Below are positions 55,957 to 64,000 of a stretch of 64,000 nucleotides of DNA, piece by piece. Location of the stretch: positions 64,001-128,000 of the IMG/VR virus record IMGVR_UViG_3300031420_000003; one strand, 5' to 3'. The stretch is from a virus. Position 1 is the first letter of the stretch, and each line of letters opens with the position of its first letter. The translations under genes were made by a program, and so were the position numbers. A model generated the notes under the pieces. The model was not told the origin of the DNA. It worked only from the letters and a program-made list of their open reading frames with translations, and made no database searches.

Positions 55957-56793
55957 CTAAGTGTTGTAATGCAGCAGCCAATCGCCTGCAACCTGCGGGT
56001 CATTCATGCCGGTGATAATCAGTAGCATGTCCGACATTCCGTTGGAGCGGAGTTCGGTTGAGGCCTTAACGCGTTTGATAGAGGTACGGGTAACGTCAAA
56101 CTGCGGCAACCCTCGCCCAGCAAACACCTGCAATAAACTGGTAGTGTAGCCGTTGTCCCAATTGGGACCGACATCCAAACGCCCATCCACAAAGCTCATC
56201 ATTAGCTGGATTTCATCAGAGAAGTCCCGGCCATAACTGAGCATCTCAGCAGACTTACGCGTAAGGGCGGGGTCGACCGGATGGGTTAATTCATCCAAGA
56301 CATCGTTGACCACCAATTCTTCTAAATTGTTCTTACCCCGAACCGACATAAAGGTAATCGACCCTGTGTACTGAATACAGGCGTTGGTTACACTCACGGT
56401 ATTCTTGGTATTCAGGTAGACATACACATCCGGGATATCTTCTGCCACAAGGTTAAGGCCGTAGCGCCCATTGAGGTTTTGTGCAAACGCCGCCTTCTTA
56501 GGGGTGGTGTACAAAGAACCATACGCATCCGGGGCCGTCACCTGTGGGGTGAAGTTTTTGAACAAGTCGTTCAGCGACAATCGTTTGTAGCGGAAAGTCT
56601 GTGCGCCTGTGTAACCCCGCCCTTGACGACCACGAATGATAATCTCAGTGTTGGCTCCACTCGGCTGAACAGGAATGGCTTTAGGAGTACCAAACACCGC
56701 GTTGTCGAATGACATCGGTGTAATCGCACCGGGGTTTTCCGCATTAATCGCATCGAAAAGAAACTGTCGCTGAGACAGACTATATAACGCCAT
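55957..56793 (-). CDS. virion-type protein, HYN-terminated paralog family
   Basis: INAENP...ANT...YKRL; ends LLHYNT; GAGGAGG RBS. Confidence 0.7.
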   Translation of the reverse strand: MALYSLSQRQFLFDAINAENPGAITPMSFDNAVFGTPKAIPVQPSGANTEIIIRGRQGRGYTGAQTFRYKRLSLNDLFKNFTPQVTAPDAYGSLYTTPKKAAFAQNLNGRYGLNLVAEDIPDVYVYLNTKNTVSVTNACIQYTGSITFMSVRGKNNLEELVVNDVLDELTHPVDPALTRKSAEMLSYGRDFSDEIQLMMSFVDGRLDVGPNWDNGYTTSLLQVFAGRGLPQFDVTRTSIKRVKASTELRSNGMSDMLLIITGMNDPQVAGDWLLHYNT

Positions 56794-56865
56794 AATAGCC
56801 TCCTCGGCATATCTTAAAAAAGAAGGGAAGGCTAAGGAGAGGTTGCCCTCCCCCTAGCGCGACCA

Positions 56866-57792
56866 TTAGGCGTTGTAGTGCAGGAACAGCTCGCCTTGGA
56901 AGTTAGAGCACAGGCTATCAGACAGCTTCAGTTTCAGAATGCTGTTGTAGTCGGTGTTCGCGCCTTCGACTGGCTGGTCAATCGTACCACCGCTGGTGCT
57001 GTTTGGATCTGGCACCTGATTCACAGTTGCACCGTTGTAGGTGACTTCTGCGCCGTGGATGTTGTAATCCGCCGCATCCGTTTTATCAACCCACAGCTCA
57101 GGGACGACTTTGTTCAGCTCGGTGGAGAACGCGGAGTCATCAGCCAGTGTACCGGTTGCCTGTGCTTTCAGGAACGCGGCAATCGGGCTGCAATCCACAC
57201 CGTAGGAGTAGATGTACGCCTGACCTTTGGTCGCCGACTCGTTGTCCGGGTACTGCAAGCCATCCAACTGGGTGTTGGTCACCACCAGAGACAGACGCTC
57301 ACCGACCTGCGGTTTCGCACCAATCTTCACGGCGATTTTACCGAGGAAGGCAAAGCAGTTGTCTTTGAACACGATGTCGTGGTCAACCGGTGCCGGGTCT
57401 GGGTCATCCGGGTTGGTTGGTGGGACGTTGGTGCCAGCGGGAATCGCAGATGGGGTGATATCTTCCACCGCGATGCCCAAACCGTACTGACTGTTCAGGG
57501 CGGCCAGCAGGTCAGTGGTTGACGTCGGCTCTTTCACGTCCAGATACGCAGTCACGTTGCGGAACAGGGCCAGACCATCCAGACGGTCATACGTCACGTC
57601 CTGCGTACCCACGAAGCCGGAGTTCTTACGGGCTTTCAGGGTAATCTTGCTGTTGCGGTCAGCACTGTCATCACCGTCATTCGCAACCGGCTCACCCAGT
57701 GTGACTTTGGAAAGCTCCAGATGTGCGTCTGTGTTCTTCTCGTTGATGAGATCCAGAACCAGCAGATCGGAAGATTTGTTTAAAGGTTTCAT
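56866..57792 (-). CDS. virion-type protein, HYN-terminated paralog family
   Basis: INEKN...RNS...YDRL; QLDGLQYPD...GQAYIYS; ends LHYNA. Confidence 0.7.
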   Translation of the reverse strand: MKPLNKSSDLLVLDLINEKNTDAHLELSKVTLGEPVANDGDDSADRNSKITLKARKNSGFVGTQDVTYDRLDGLALFRNVTAYLDVKEPTSTTDLLAALNSQYGLGIAVEDITPSAIPAGTNVPPTNPDDPDPAPVDHDIVFKDNCFAFLGKIAVKIGAKPQVGERLSLVVTNTQLDGLQYPDNESATKGQAYIYSYGVDCSPIAAFLKAQATGTLADDSAFSTELNKVVPELWVDKTDAADYNIHGAEVTYNGATVNQVPDPNSTSGGTIDQPVEGANTDYNSILKLKLSDSLCSNFQGELFLHYNA

Positions 57793-57812
57793 TCTAACTT
57801 CCTTTATCGGGA

Positions 57813-58658
57813 TTAGTCAGGGTCGTTGTAGTGGAGATACAACTTACCGCCAAGGTTAAGACAATACAGTGAAAGGTCAATGATAAGCACGTTGTCCACC
57901 GACGGGTTGGTCGGGAAGGCTGCACTGTTCTTACCGTTATACGACACAATCGCTTCTTTGAGGTTGAAGTCGATAGGACTGCGATACGTAGTCCAAGCGT
58001 CCCCTGTAACCGTTTTCAGAATCGCGGCTAAGCGAGCAGTTGTGATAGTCGTCCCCGCTGCTTTGAACTCTGCAGCAAAGTTATCAAACCGCCAAGGAAA
58101 CGAGTACACCGCAGCTTGTCCCACTTTCGTGTTGAAGTACGGATACGCGTAAGGGCTTACGGTGGTGGGTTCAAAGTTCGACGCCAGCAACGCATCCCCG
58201 GGCAGCAACTGCACCACAATTTCCCCAATCCAACCGAGTGAGGTGTCGGTGGCTTTCAGAGGAACCGTCCATTCCGTGCGGTCGATATTAGCTGCCACGA
58301 TATCTGAGGTTCTCAGGCTCAAGCCGTAATACTGGTTGATGAGCGGCACAATATCGTGCACCACAAACACACTGTCAAGGCGTGCTGGGATGCGCAGTGG
58401 CTGAATCCCATCGAGGCCAGTAAAGACATCGTTGAAATCCACCCGGTCGTAGAACACCGTGGTGTAGCCAATCGCCGATGCCGTAGGCAGGGCTTGGACA
58501 CGCACCATGGCGTTGTGGCCGTTGGCTTTTGCCACGTCTTCAGCAGACGTAGGAATCGCAGGCACACCGAAAACCACATCCGGGGCTTTAAGCGCCAGTG
58601 AGTTCTCAAGGTTAATCTCCGCCAAGATAATCTCTTCAGCGGTGGCGAGTAATGGCAT
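57813..58658 (-). CDS. virion-type protein, HYN-terminated paralog family
   Basis: INLEN...YDRV; GQAAVYS; LYLHYND. Confidence 0.7.
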   Translation of the reverse strand: MPLLATAEEIILAEINLENSLALKAPDVVFGVPAIPTSAEDVAKANGHNAMVRVQALPTASAIGYTTVFYDRVDFNDVFTGLDGIQPLRIPARLDSVFVVHDIVPLINQYYGLSLRTSDIVAANIDRTEWTVPLKATDTSLGWIGEIVVQLLPGDALLASNFEPTTVSPYAYPYFNTKVGQAAVYSFPWRFDNFAAEFKAAGTTITTARLAAILKTVTGDAWTTYRSPIDFNLKEAIVSYNGKNSAAFPTNPSVDNVLIIDLSLYCLNLGGKLYLHYNDPD

Positions 58659-58666
58659 ACGGGTCC

Positions 58667-59500
58667 CTATTTCGGCGCATAGTGAAGAATCAGGGTACCG
58701 GTGTAGTTACTGTTAGTGCCCAGATTAATCAGGAAAGCCCGAGTGTAATTCTGGTCATAACGGTCACCCGGCGTTACCGCCACCGACCCACCCATACGTG
58801 CATTCTGCAAACCAATCTGCCCCGGCTGTACCGTACCCAGTTCCCCGAAGAAGAACCTCAGCGGTACCACCTCATTCAGTGCTTGGACATCATCAGCGGT
58901 CAGCAGGCGGTTCGTCGTCCACTGTTTGGTAAACGTATCCGTTAACTCAGACCAGTCGTAGCCGTAAGCCACGTATTCTGCTCGGGGTTTAACGTCCACG
59001 GTAAACGGGGCGACAATGGCGGACAAATCGACATCGGTGACTACGTCGCGCAGGTTCGGTAAGAACTTAGCAAAACGCAATGCGAAGTCAGTTTGCCATG
59101 CCAGACAACCCGGCTTAACCACCACGGTGATAACGTAGGCATTGCCCAGTTCGGCCACCGATTGTTCTTCGATGTCGTCCTTGGTCAGACTCAGCCCGTA
59201 CTTCTTGTTCAAGAAGGGCAGCAGCTCAGAGAGTTTACTTACCGGCTCCGTTGAAATAAACGGGACGATGTTACGGAACAGAACCGCGGTATCAATGCGG
59301 TTGTACTCAATGGTCACATTGCCTTTGTACCCTTGCCCGTTCAGTCCGTATAACAGTACACGGGTATCGCGCGGTGCAAGGGGTGTGGTAATCTTTTCAG
59401 GAAACCCGGCGGCAATCTGATTCCATGTGAGTGAGGTGTTGTTTTCCCGGTTAATGGCCTCTAACAACATCGTAGCTGAGGGCTTATCGTAGATAGACAC
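58667..59500 (-). CDS. virion-type protein, HYN-terminated paralog family
   Basis: INREN...RDT...YNRI; LILHYAPK; GTG start. Confidence 0.7.
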   Translation of the reverse strand: MSIYDKPSATMLLEAINRENNTSLTWNQIAAGFPEKITTPLAPRDTRVLLYGLNGQGYKGNVTIEYNRIDTAVLFRNIVPFISTEPVSKLSELLPFLNKKYGLSLTKDDIEEQSVAELGNAYVITVVVKPGCLAWQTDFALRFAKFLPNLRDVVTDVDLSAIVAPFTVDVKPRAEYVAYGYDWSELTDTFTKQWTTNRLLTADDVQALNEVVPLRFFFGELGTVQPGQIGLQNARMGGSVAVTPGDRYDQNYTRAFLINLGTNSNYTGTLILHYAPK

Positions 59501-59511
59501 TTATACCCCCC

Positions 59512-60309
59512 TTAGTTGTTAAAGTGTAAGTTCAATGCACCTTGGAAATTGGTACACAGCGTGGTTAACTGAATGGAGACCACACGCTCAAAGGCGGTGT
59601 TCGCACCCGGAAGGTCTGCTGGTGCACCATCAAAGACAACAATGGCATCATGCACGTTATACGGCACCGCTGTCTCACTGGACACCCACGTTTCAGGCAC
59701 AACCTTATTCAGCTCCTCTGCCAGTGCTGTGTCATCCACATCGATCCCCACCGCAAGCAGTGACAGGAACTTTTTGATGTGCGAACAGTCAATGTCGCGA
59801 GAGTAAATGTAGGCTTGTCCGATGGTGGTGTCTTGGTGGTCAGGGTAACGCAAACCGTCTAATTGGGTACTGGTTACTACCGTGTTCAGTTGAACCGCCG
59901 GTTTAAGTTGAATGACAACATCACCCCTCCACTCGTGCGAGAGAGGTTCTGCTGTCAACGTCATTGCATTGCCGGAGCGCGGCGTATCTTCCACATCTTG
60001 AGGAAGAATGTTCAGGCCGAAACGATCGTTGACGGCGCTAAGGATGTCATGAGCCGAAGCTATGTCCTCATCGCCAAAGGTGTTGTCGCCTTTGATGTAG
60101 TCCGGTAAGGGACGACGATGATAAAAGACCTCAACTTCAGATCCCTCGTCATCCTTTAACTTGGACGTTAACACCACACTTGAATCGCGACCGTCGACGG
60201 ACACCACTTCCGGCAGAGAAATATCAACGTCGTCAAAGGTTAGCGCAGGGCTAATCTTACACTCGTCGTTGATGAGTTTTAGCAGATTCTCTTTGGAGGT
60301 AATAGACAT
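59512..60309 (-). CDS. virion-type protein, HYN-terminated paralog family
   Basis: Start MSITSKENL; QLDGLRYPD...GQAYIYS; ends LHFNN; closest to 56866. Confidence 0.7.
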   Translation of the reverse strand: MSITSKENLLKLINDECKISPALTFDDVDISLPEVVSVDGRDSSVVLTSKLKDDEGSEVEVFYHRRPLPDYIKGDNTFGDEDIASAHDILSAVNDRFGLNILPQDVEDTPRSGNAMTLTAEPLSHEWRGDVVIQLKPAVQLNTVVTSTQLDGLRYPDHQDTTIGQAYIYSRDIDCSHIKKFLSLLAVGIDVDDTALAEELNKVVPETWVSSETAVPYNVHDAIVVFDGAPADLPGANTAFERVVSIQLTTLCTNFQGALNLHFNN

Positions 60310-60443
60310 CGCGTTAACTCGGTTAAGGTTTCCAAAGGCTACAGCGTCTGCCGTAACCCTCCTGCCAGCATAATAAATCGGTAAGGCTTTATTGATACTT
60401 CGACATATAACAGAAAGATAACGTAGAGACAAAAAAGAAAAGA

Positions 60444-60463
60444 GAGACCCCCGAAGGGGTCTC
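60444..60463 (-). terminator. intrinsic terminator
   Basis: GAGACCCC-CGAA-GGGGTCTC followed by TCTTTTCTTTTTT on the minus strand. Confidence 0.85.
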
Positions 60464-60469
60464 AATGTG

Positions 60470-62341
60470 TTACTTAGGCAGAGAGGTCTCAACCTTAATC
60501 CAACCCTGCGTCACTTTACCGGTCGATGGAGACTGAATCCTCACCGGCAGGTAGCCGTTCTGCAGTTCGAACTTCATCAGCAGTTCCCCATTCGGGTTCC
60601 AGCCAATACCGTTCTTCACACCGATACTGTAAGCGGTCGAAACCAGCTTCGTGGTGTCGTTGGACGGCTCATCAATCTTGCTGCCATCACGAATGATACG
60701 GAAGCACACACCACCTTCGTAACGGGTCTTCGAGTTCGTGAAACACTCACAGGTCACAAAGCGTGACCATGCCGCAATCTTCACGTACACGTTGGTGCCG
60801 CCCTTGGCGTCGGCATCGATACGGATATCGAGAACCGGACAAGAACCCACACCGTCCCACTGTGCGTCGATGGTGCTACCGTTCAGCACTTTCAGGTACA
60901 GGTCAGCGTAACCCCCGCTCTGACCGCCAGAGGCAATCGTTGCGTTATCCGCTTTGCTGCTGTTGTAGGCGTTGCTACCAAAGAAGCGCAACTGGATAGT
61001 CTCACCGATGGAGGTAGACGCCACGTAGACCGCTTTAAACCACTGTGCGCTCTGTGTGTTGTTATCCATCTTCAACAGAGAACCGTAGTAGCCTGCCTGC
61101 ATGGAACCCAAGTCCATCTTGATACCGGTGTTGTGGATATCGACCACACCGTACTCGTACGCAGAGATGCTTGACCAGCCGGTGGTGCCCGAGTTCGGGT
61201 CCCAACCGCTGCCTGACTGGAGGTTGGTTTGCTTGCGCACCATACGGGAGTTCTGAATCTGCATCGGGTTCTTACAGTCTTCCATCGACAGACCGTCGAT
61301 AATCCAACCCCCGTCTGACAGGTTACCCGGGAACTCACAGTGCTCAATCCAACCGTTGTACATGAACGCCTGCGTACAGCGTGGCATGTCGAATACCGGG
61401 TTCTGGGTACACTGCTGCATGTTGAAGTTAGACAGCTCAACAGCGGTGGTGTGATCCCAAACGCCTTTGGCCTGACCTGACCAACGGGCATAGATGAAGG
61501 AGCCGGTACACTTGCTGGCGTAGAACTGGTCGAACTTGGTGTCGAGCGTGTCTTGTAAATCAAACACACGACCGCCGGCCCAGTTCGCTTTGAAGTTGCT
61601 GACGCGGACATACTGACCACCCGGGTCGTTGTTGCGCAAGAATGCTTTACGTGAACAACGTGAGTTGTCTTTGTCAATCGCAATCTCACCAGACCACGTA
61701 ATACCGCTGACTTCCACCCAACGTGACTTAATGTCAAACAGGACGTTGTCGTCATCGTTAGAGACGATAGTCGTGGTTGAGCAGTAGCCCGATGCGTTAG
61801 ATGAGTTAAAGCCCGCGATACGGAAAATCGGGGTTTCCCACGTGTTGTTCAGGAACTGCGAGATAGAGTACGTACCCGCACCGAACTGTACGCCCAACTG
61901 ACGCAGGTTGGTTTTTGACCAGTTGAACATGCGGTTGAACGCAGTCAGGTTATCGGTCTTGCCATCAGGAATACCGCCGAAGCAGTCGATGGTCAACATG
62001 CCGATGTGGGGCAGGTCACGCTTCCAACGTGCTCCTTTATTAGTCACGATGACCATACCGCGGTCTTCAGGTGAGGACTTGTCGGTTTCATCGTAAACGA
62101 AATAGCCACCGCCGTAACGGGTGCCCGCCGCGTACGCTTTCACGTCGATACGCTGACCCGGACGGGTAGGTTCGATTTTACGCAGGTTGTCGATTGATTC
62201 ACAACGGCCAATCATGCCTAATGCATCTTCTGTCGCGAGTTCCAGTTTTTGCATGAGCATATTGATGTCAATCTCAACCACATTACCCTCTTGGTTCACA
62301 AGGACCTTGCCTGCTTTAATCGCAAGAGATTGGTCTGCCAT
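60470..62341 (-). CDS. amsF: AmsF/WceF-like tailspike-fold (parallel beta-helix) protein, putative exopolysaccharide depolymerase
   Basis: GGGYFVYD...D.G...GARWKR tailspike motif, FGGIPDGKTDN pectate-lyase-3-like start and WDHTTAVELSNFN segment recalled from the AmsF family; symbol by resemblance only. Confidence 0.65.
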   Translation of the reverse strand: MADQSLAIKAGKVLVNQEGNVVEIDINMLMQKLELATEDALGMIGRCESIDNLRKIEPTRPGQRIDVKAYAAGTRYGGGYFVYDETDKSSPEDRGMVIVTNKGARWKRDLPHIGMLTIDCFGGIPDGKTDNLTAFNRMFNWSKTNLRQLGVQFGAGTYSISQFLNNTWETPIFRIAGFNSSNASGYCSTTTIVSNDDDNVLFDIKSRWVEVSGITWSGEIAIDKDNSRCSRKAFLRNNDPGGQYVRVSNFKANWAGGRVFDLQDTLDTKFDQFYASKCTGSFIYARWSGQAKGVWDHTTAVELSNFNMQQCTQNPVFDMPRCTQAFMYNGWIEHCEFPGNLSDGGWIIDGLSMEDCKNPMQIQNSRMVRKQTNLQSGSGWDPNSGTTGWSSISAYEYGVVDIHNTGIKMDLGSMQAGYYGSLLKMDNNTQSAQWFKAVYVASTSIGETIQLRFFGSNAYNSSKADNATIASGGQSGGYADLYLKVLNGSTIDAQWDGVGSCPVLDIRIDADAKGGTNVYVKIAAWSRFVTCECFTNSKTRYEGGVCFRIIRDGSKIDEPSNDTTKLVSTAYSIGVKNGIGWNPNGELLMKFELQNGYLPVRIQSPSTGKVTQGWIKVETSLPK

Positions 62342-62515
62342 GCTGAACTCCTATTGTTTTAGCTGGTGTGTAGTGTGTCGGCCTTTAGCCATAAGCTCCC
62401 TTGAAGAGCGCGTCAGCAGAAAAACAATCGGGCGTTATACGGGGCGGGAGAGACAAAAAAAGAAAGCAGAAGGGTTGGTAAGCGTAACCGCACTTAGGGC
62501 CAAAAAATAAAAGAG

Positions 62516-62533
62516 GGTAGCCCGAAGGCTACC
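62516..62533 (-). terminator. intrinsic terminator
   Basis: GGTAGCC-CGAA-GGCTACC followed by CTCTTTTATTTTTT on the minus strand. Confidence 0.8.
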
Positions 62534-62542
62534 ACTTCTTTT

Positions 62543-63706
62543 TTATTCGTCTTCGAGATTCGTACCGAGAGGTAGGTTTAGATGGTCAGGGTCATACTTC
62601 GGGGTAAACGGTGTCATGCCGCGACCCGGGAAAGCAAACACTTCATCCGACGGTATCGTGTCGAAGTAGTGCTTCGTTGTGGTGTCCGGGACGTGACGCT
62701 TCTGGTCGTATTCGTGACGCAGCAGAATCTCTTGCTTTTCAGCGTCCGTGAAGGGCGTGCTTCTGCTCCCGTCCGGTGCTGGTTTCCATAGGATACTCAT
62801 GAAGTAGACCGGGTTGTTTTTGGCTTCTTCAATGATGGCCGCTTTCTGCTCGGCCGTTAAATCAGAAGCATGCGGGTCAACATTACGCAGCTCTTCGTTA
62901 ATGAGGTAAAAATGCGGTTGTCGGAGCTGCACACCGATGGGAGCATTGCCACCGAGCGTGAGTGAGAAGCCGCCCTGCTCGCGAGCGGGGTTAGTGAAGG
63001 CGAACTCTTTCTTCATCTGCAGTCTACCTTCAGGTAAATCGCGCATGGTGAGTCGCGTCTTTGGATTTGGGAGTGCCTCGATGTCTGGCATATTAGCAAG
63101 ACGCGCTTCCAGTAACTGCTTCACAGCTTCCGGGCCGACTTTCATTGCTTGGTGCAACTGCCAGTCTGATTTACCGGACGAGGCGAACGTGCGAGCGAGA
63201 GAGTGAGAGAACAAACCCGGAATACGACCTTTGAGCACAGTGGCACTGGCATCACCTTCTGGTCTGCCCGGGTCAGTGCCTATCACAAGATCCATTAAAC
63301 CCATTTTGCGGGACAGGTGGGATATACCAGCGAAAAACTCTGGCTGCCACGGTTCGTTCAATGGGTCAAGCATTCCACTCTGTTGCACCTGCGCCGACTG
63401 GCTGGCCTTCAGTGTGTGCATCATGTCTTTCCACTGCCAGTGAAAGTCCCAGTCTTTCTTTGACATTGGGTGCAGACCGACCACACCGATTGTCCCTTTG
63501 GAGAAACGACGCTGGGCAATAAGACGAATCTGACGCGACAGGTGCGGCTTGCTGTGCGGTCGCCCGATCACCCAACCTATCATCATCCGCTCACGAACTT
63601 CATCGTTTGACACAACACGCGCTTTTACGTGTGGGGCATACACCACAAACTCGTGTCCACGCATCGCGACTTGTGTGCGGGCTTTGCGTTTCTTAGGCTT
63701 CAGCAT
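62543..63706 (-). CDS. hypothetical mosaic protein containing a terminase-large-subunit N-terminal-like segment
   Basis: Start MLKPKKRK (AAGGAGG RBS); LRNVDPHASDLTAEQKAAIIEEAKNNPVYF. Confidence 0.6.
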   Translation of the reverse strand: MLKPKKRKARTQVAMRGHEFVVYAPHVKARVVSNDEVRERMMIGWVIGRPHSKPHLSRQIRLIAQRRFSKGTIGVVGLHPMSKKDWDFHWQWKDMMHTLKASQSAQVQQSGMLDPLNEPWQPEFFAGISHLSRKMGLMDLVIGTDPGRPEGDASATVLKGRIPGLFSHSLARTFASSGKSDWQLHQAMKVGPEAVKQLLEARLANMPDIEALPNPKTRLTMRDLPEGRLQMKKEFAFTNPAREQGGFSLTLGGNAPIGVQLRQPHFYLINEELRNVDPHASDLTAEQKAAIIEEAKNNPVYFMSILWKPAPDGSRSTPFTDAEKQEILLRHEYDQKRHVPDTTTKHYFDTIPSDEVFAFPGRGMTPFTPKYDPDHLNLPLGTNLEDE

Positions 63707-63917
63707 TTTGTGCCTCCTTGCGCTCAATGTGTGCTTGCATCGCGCGCATACCGTACCAGATATTTGCAGGATTACGAAACTTGATTTGTGCAACCGTTGC
63801 GAAGTTTTCTTCGCTCAACGTCAGTGGTTTACGGTTTGGGGAATAGTACGCTGCCGTACCGTCGTTACGGAACGTCATCTGCGCGCGGTTCTTACGGGTC
63901 TTACGTGGCTTTAACAT
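63693..63917 (-). CDS. small basic hypothetical protein
   Basis: 74 aa with AAGGAG RBS; N-terminus MLKPRKTRK resembles that of the next gene. Confidence 0.6.
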   Translation of the reverse strand: MLKPRKTRKNRAQMTFRNDGTAAYYSPNRKPLTLSEENFATVAQIKFRNPANIWYGMRAMQAHIERKEAQNAEA

Positions 63918-64000
63918 TTATTACTCCTTCCGGTGACGATTAGTTTTGCTACCCGGGCACAGGTCTCGGGTGACATAGATTTAAAGATGCCTCCGATAGC

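Noticed and set aside
24969-60309. Diversity-generating retroelement or invertase shuffling of fibre genes
   Set aside because: No reverse transcriptase or recombinase, and no near-identical TR/VR or inverted crossover repeats were seen by eye. The paralogs are highly diverged.
62543-63793. Bona fide terminase large subunit
   Set aside because: No Walker B or RNase H-like nuclease region is recognisable. The lone SSGKS lacks terminase context and lies upstream of the similar segment.
1-64000. tRNA/rRNA genes, introns/inteins, stop-codon reassignment
   Set aside because: No cloverleaf or intein motifs were recognised, and genes tile normally in the standard code using TAA, TAG and TGA stops.

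Overview
This is a 64-kb segment of a large lytic dsDNA phage genome, most consistent with a phiKZ/SPN3US/phiEaH2-like jumbo myophage of an enterobacterial host. Erwinia or Pantoea is plausible, given two DUF1471 genes and an AmsF/WceF-like tailspike-fold gene. Genes tile densely in the standard code and are punctuated by GC hairpin terminators, many with cUUCGg loops. About 2.8-21 kb is a minus-strand accessory region. It holds a secreted lytic transglycosylase, a DarG-like macrodomain, tandem GNATs, an EF-Tu N-terminus look-alike peptide, an SbcC/Rad50 ATPase, a ParB-like protein and four secreted Cys-pair paralogs. About 21-46 kb is mostly a plus-strand virion/lysis region with a baseplate spike, four paralogous tail-fibre-like proteins, a GH108 endolysin and DUF1353. 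About 47-62 kb is a minus-strand array of 13 paralogous virion-type proteins plus the AmsF-like gene. The standout is a RiPP-like cassette at 39.2-44.5 kb inside the tail-fibre operon. It has three paralogous precursor-like peptides (two with 21 and 23 Cys, almost all in CXXX spacing), two radical SAM enzymes (one with a SPASM domain), two unknown ORFs and a DUF4376-like tail-fibre-associated gene, with no recognisable protease or exporter. This suggests radical-SAM modification of a virion fibre component. All family calls come from motif recognition by eye, not database searches. No tRNA, rRNA, CRISPR array or mobile element was recognised.
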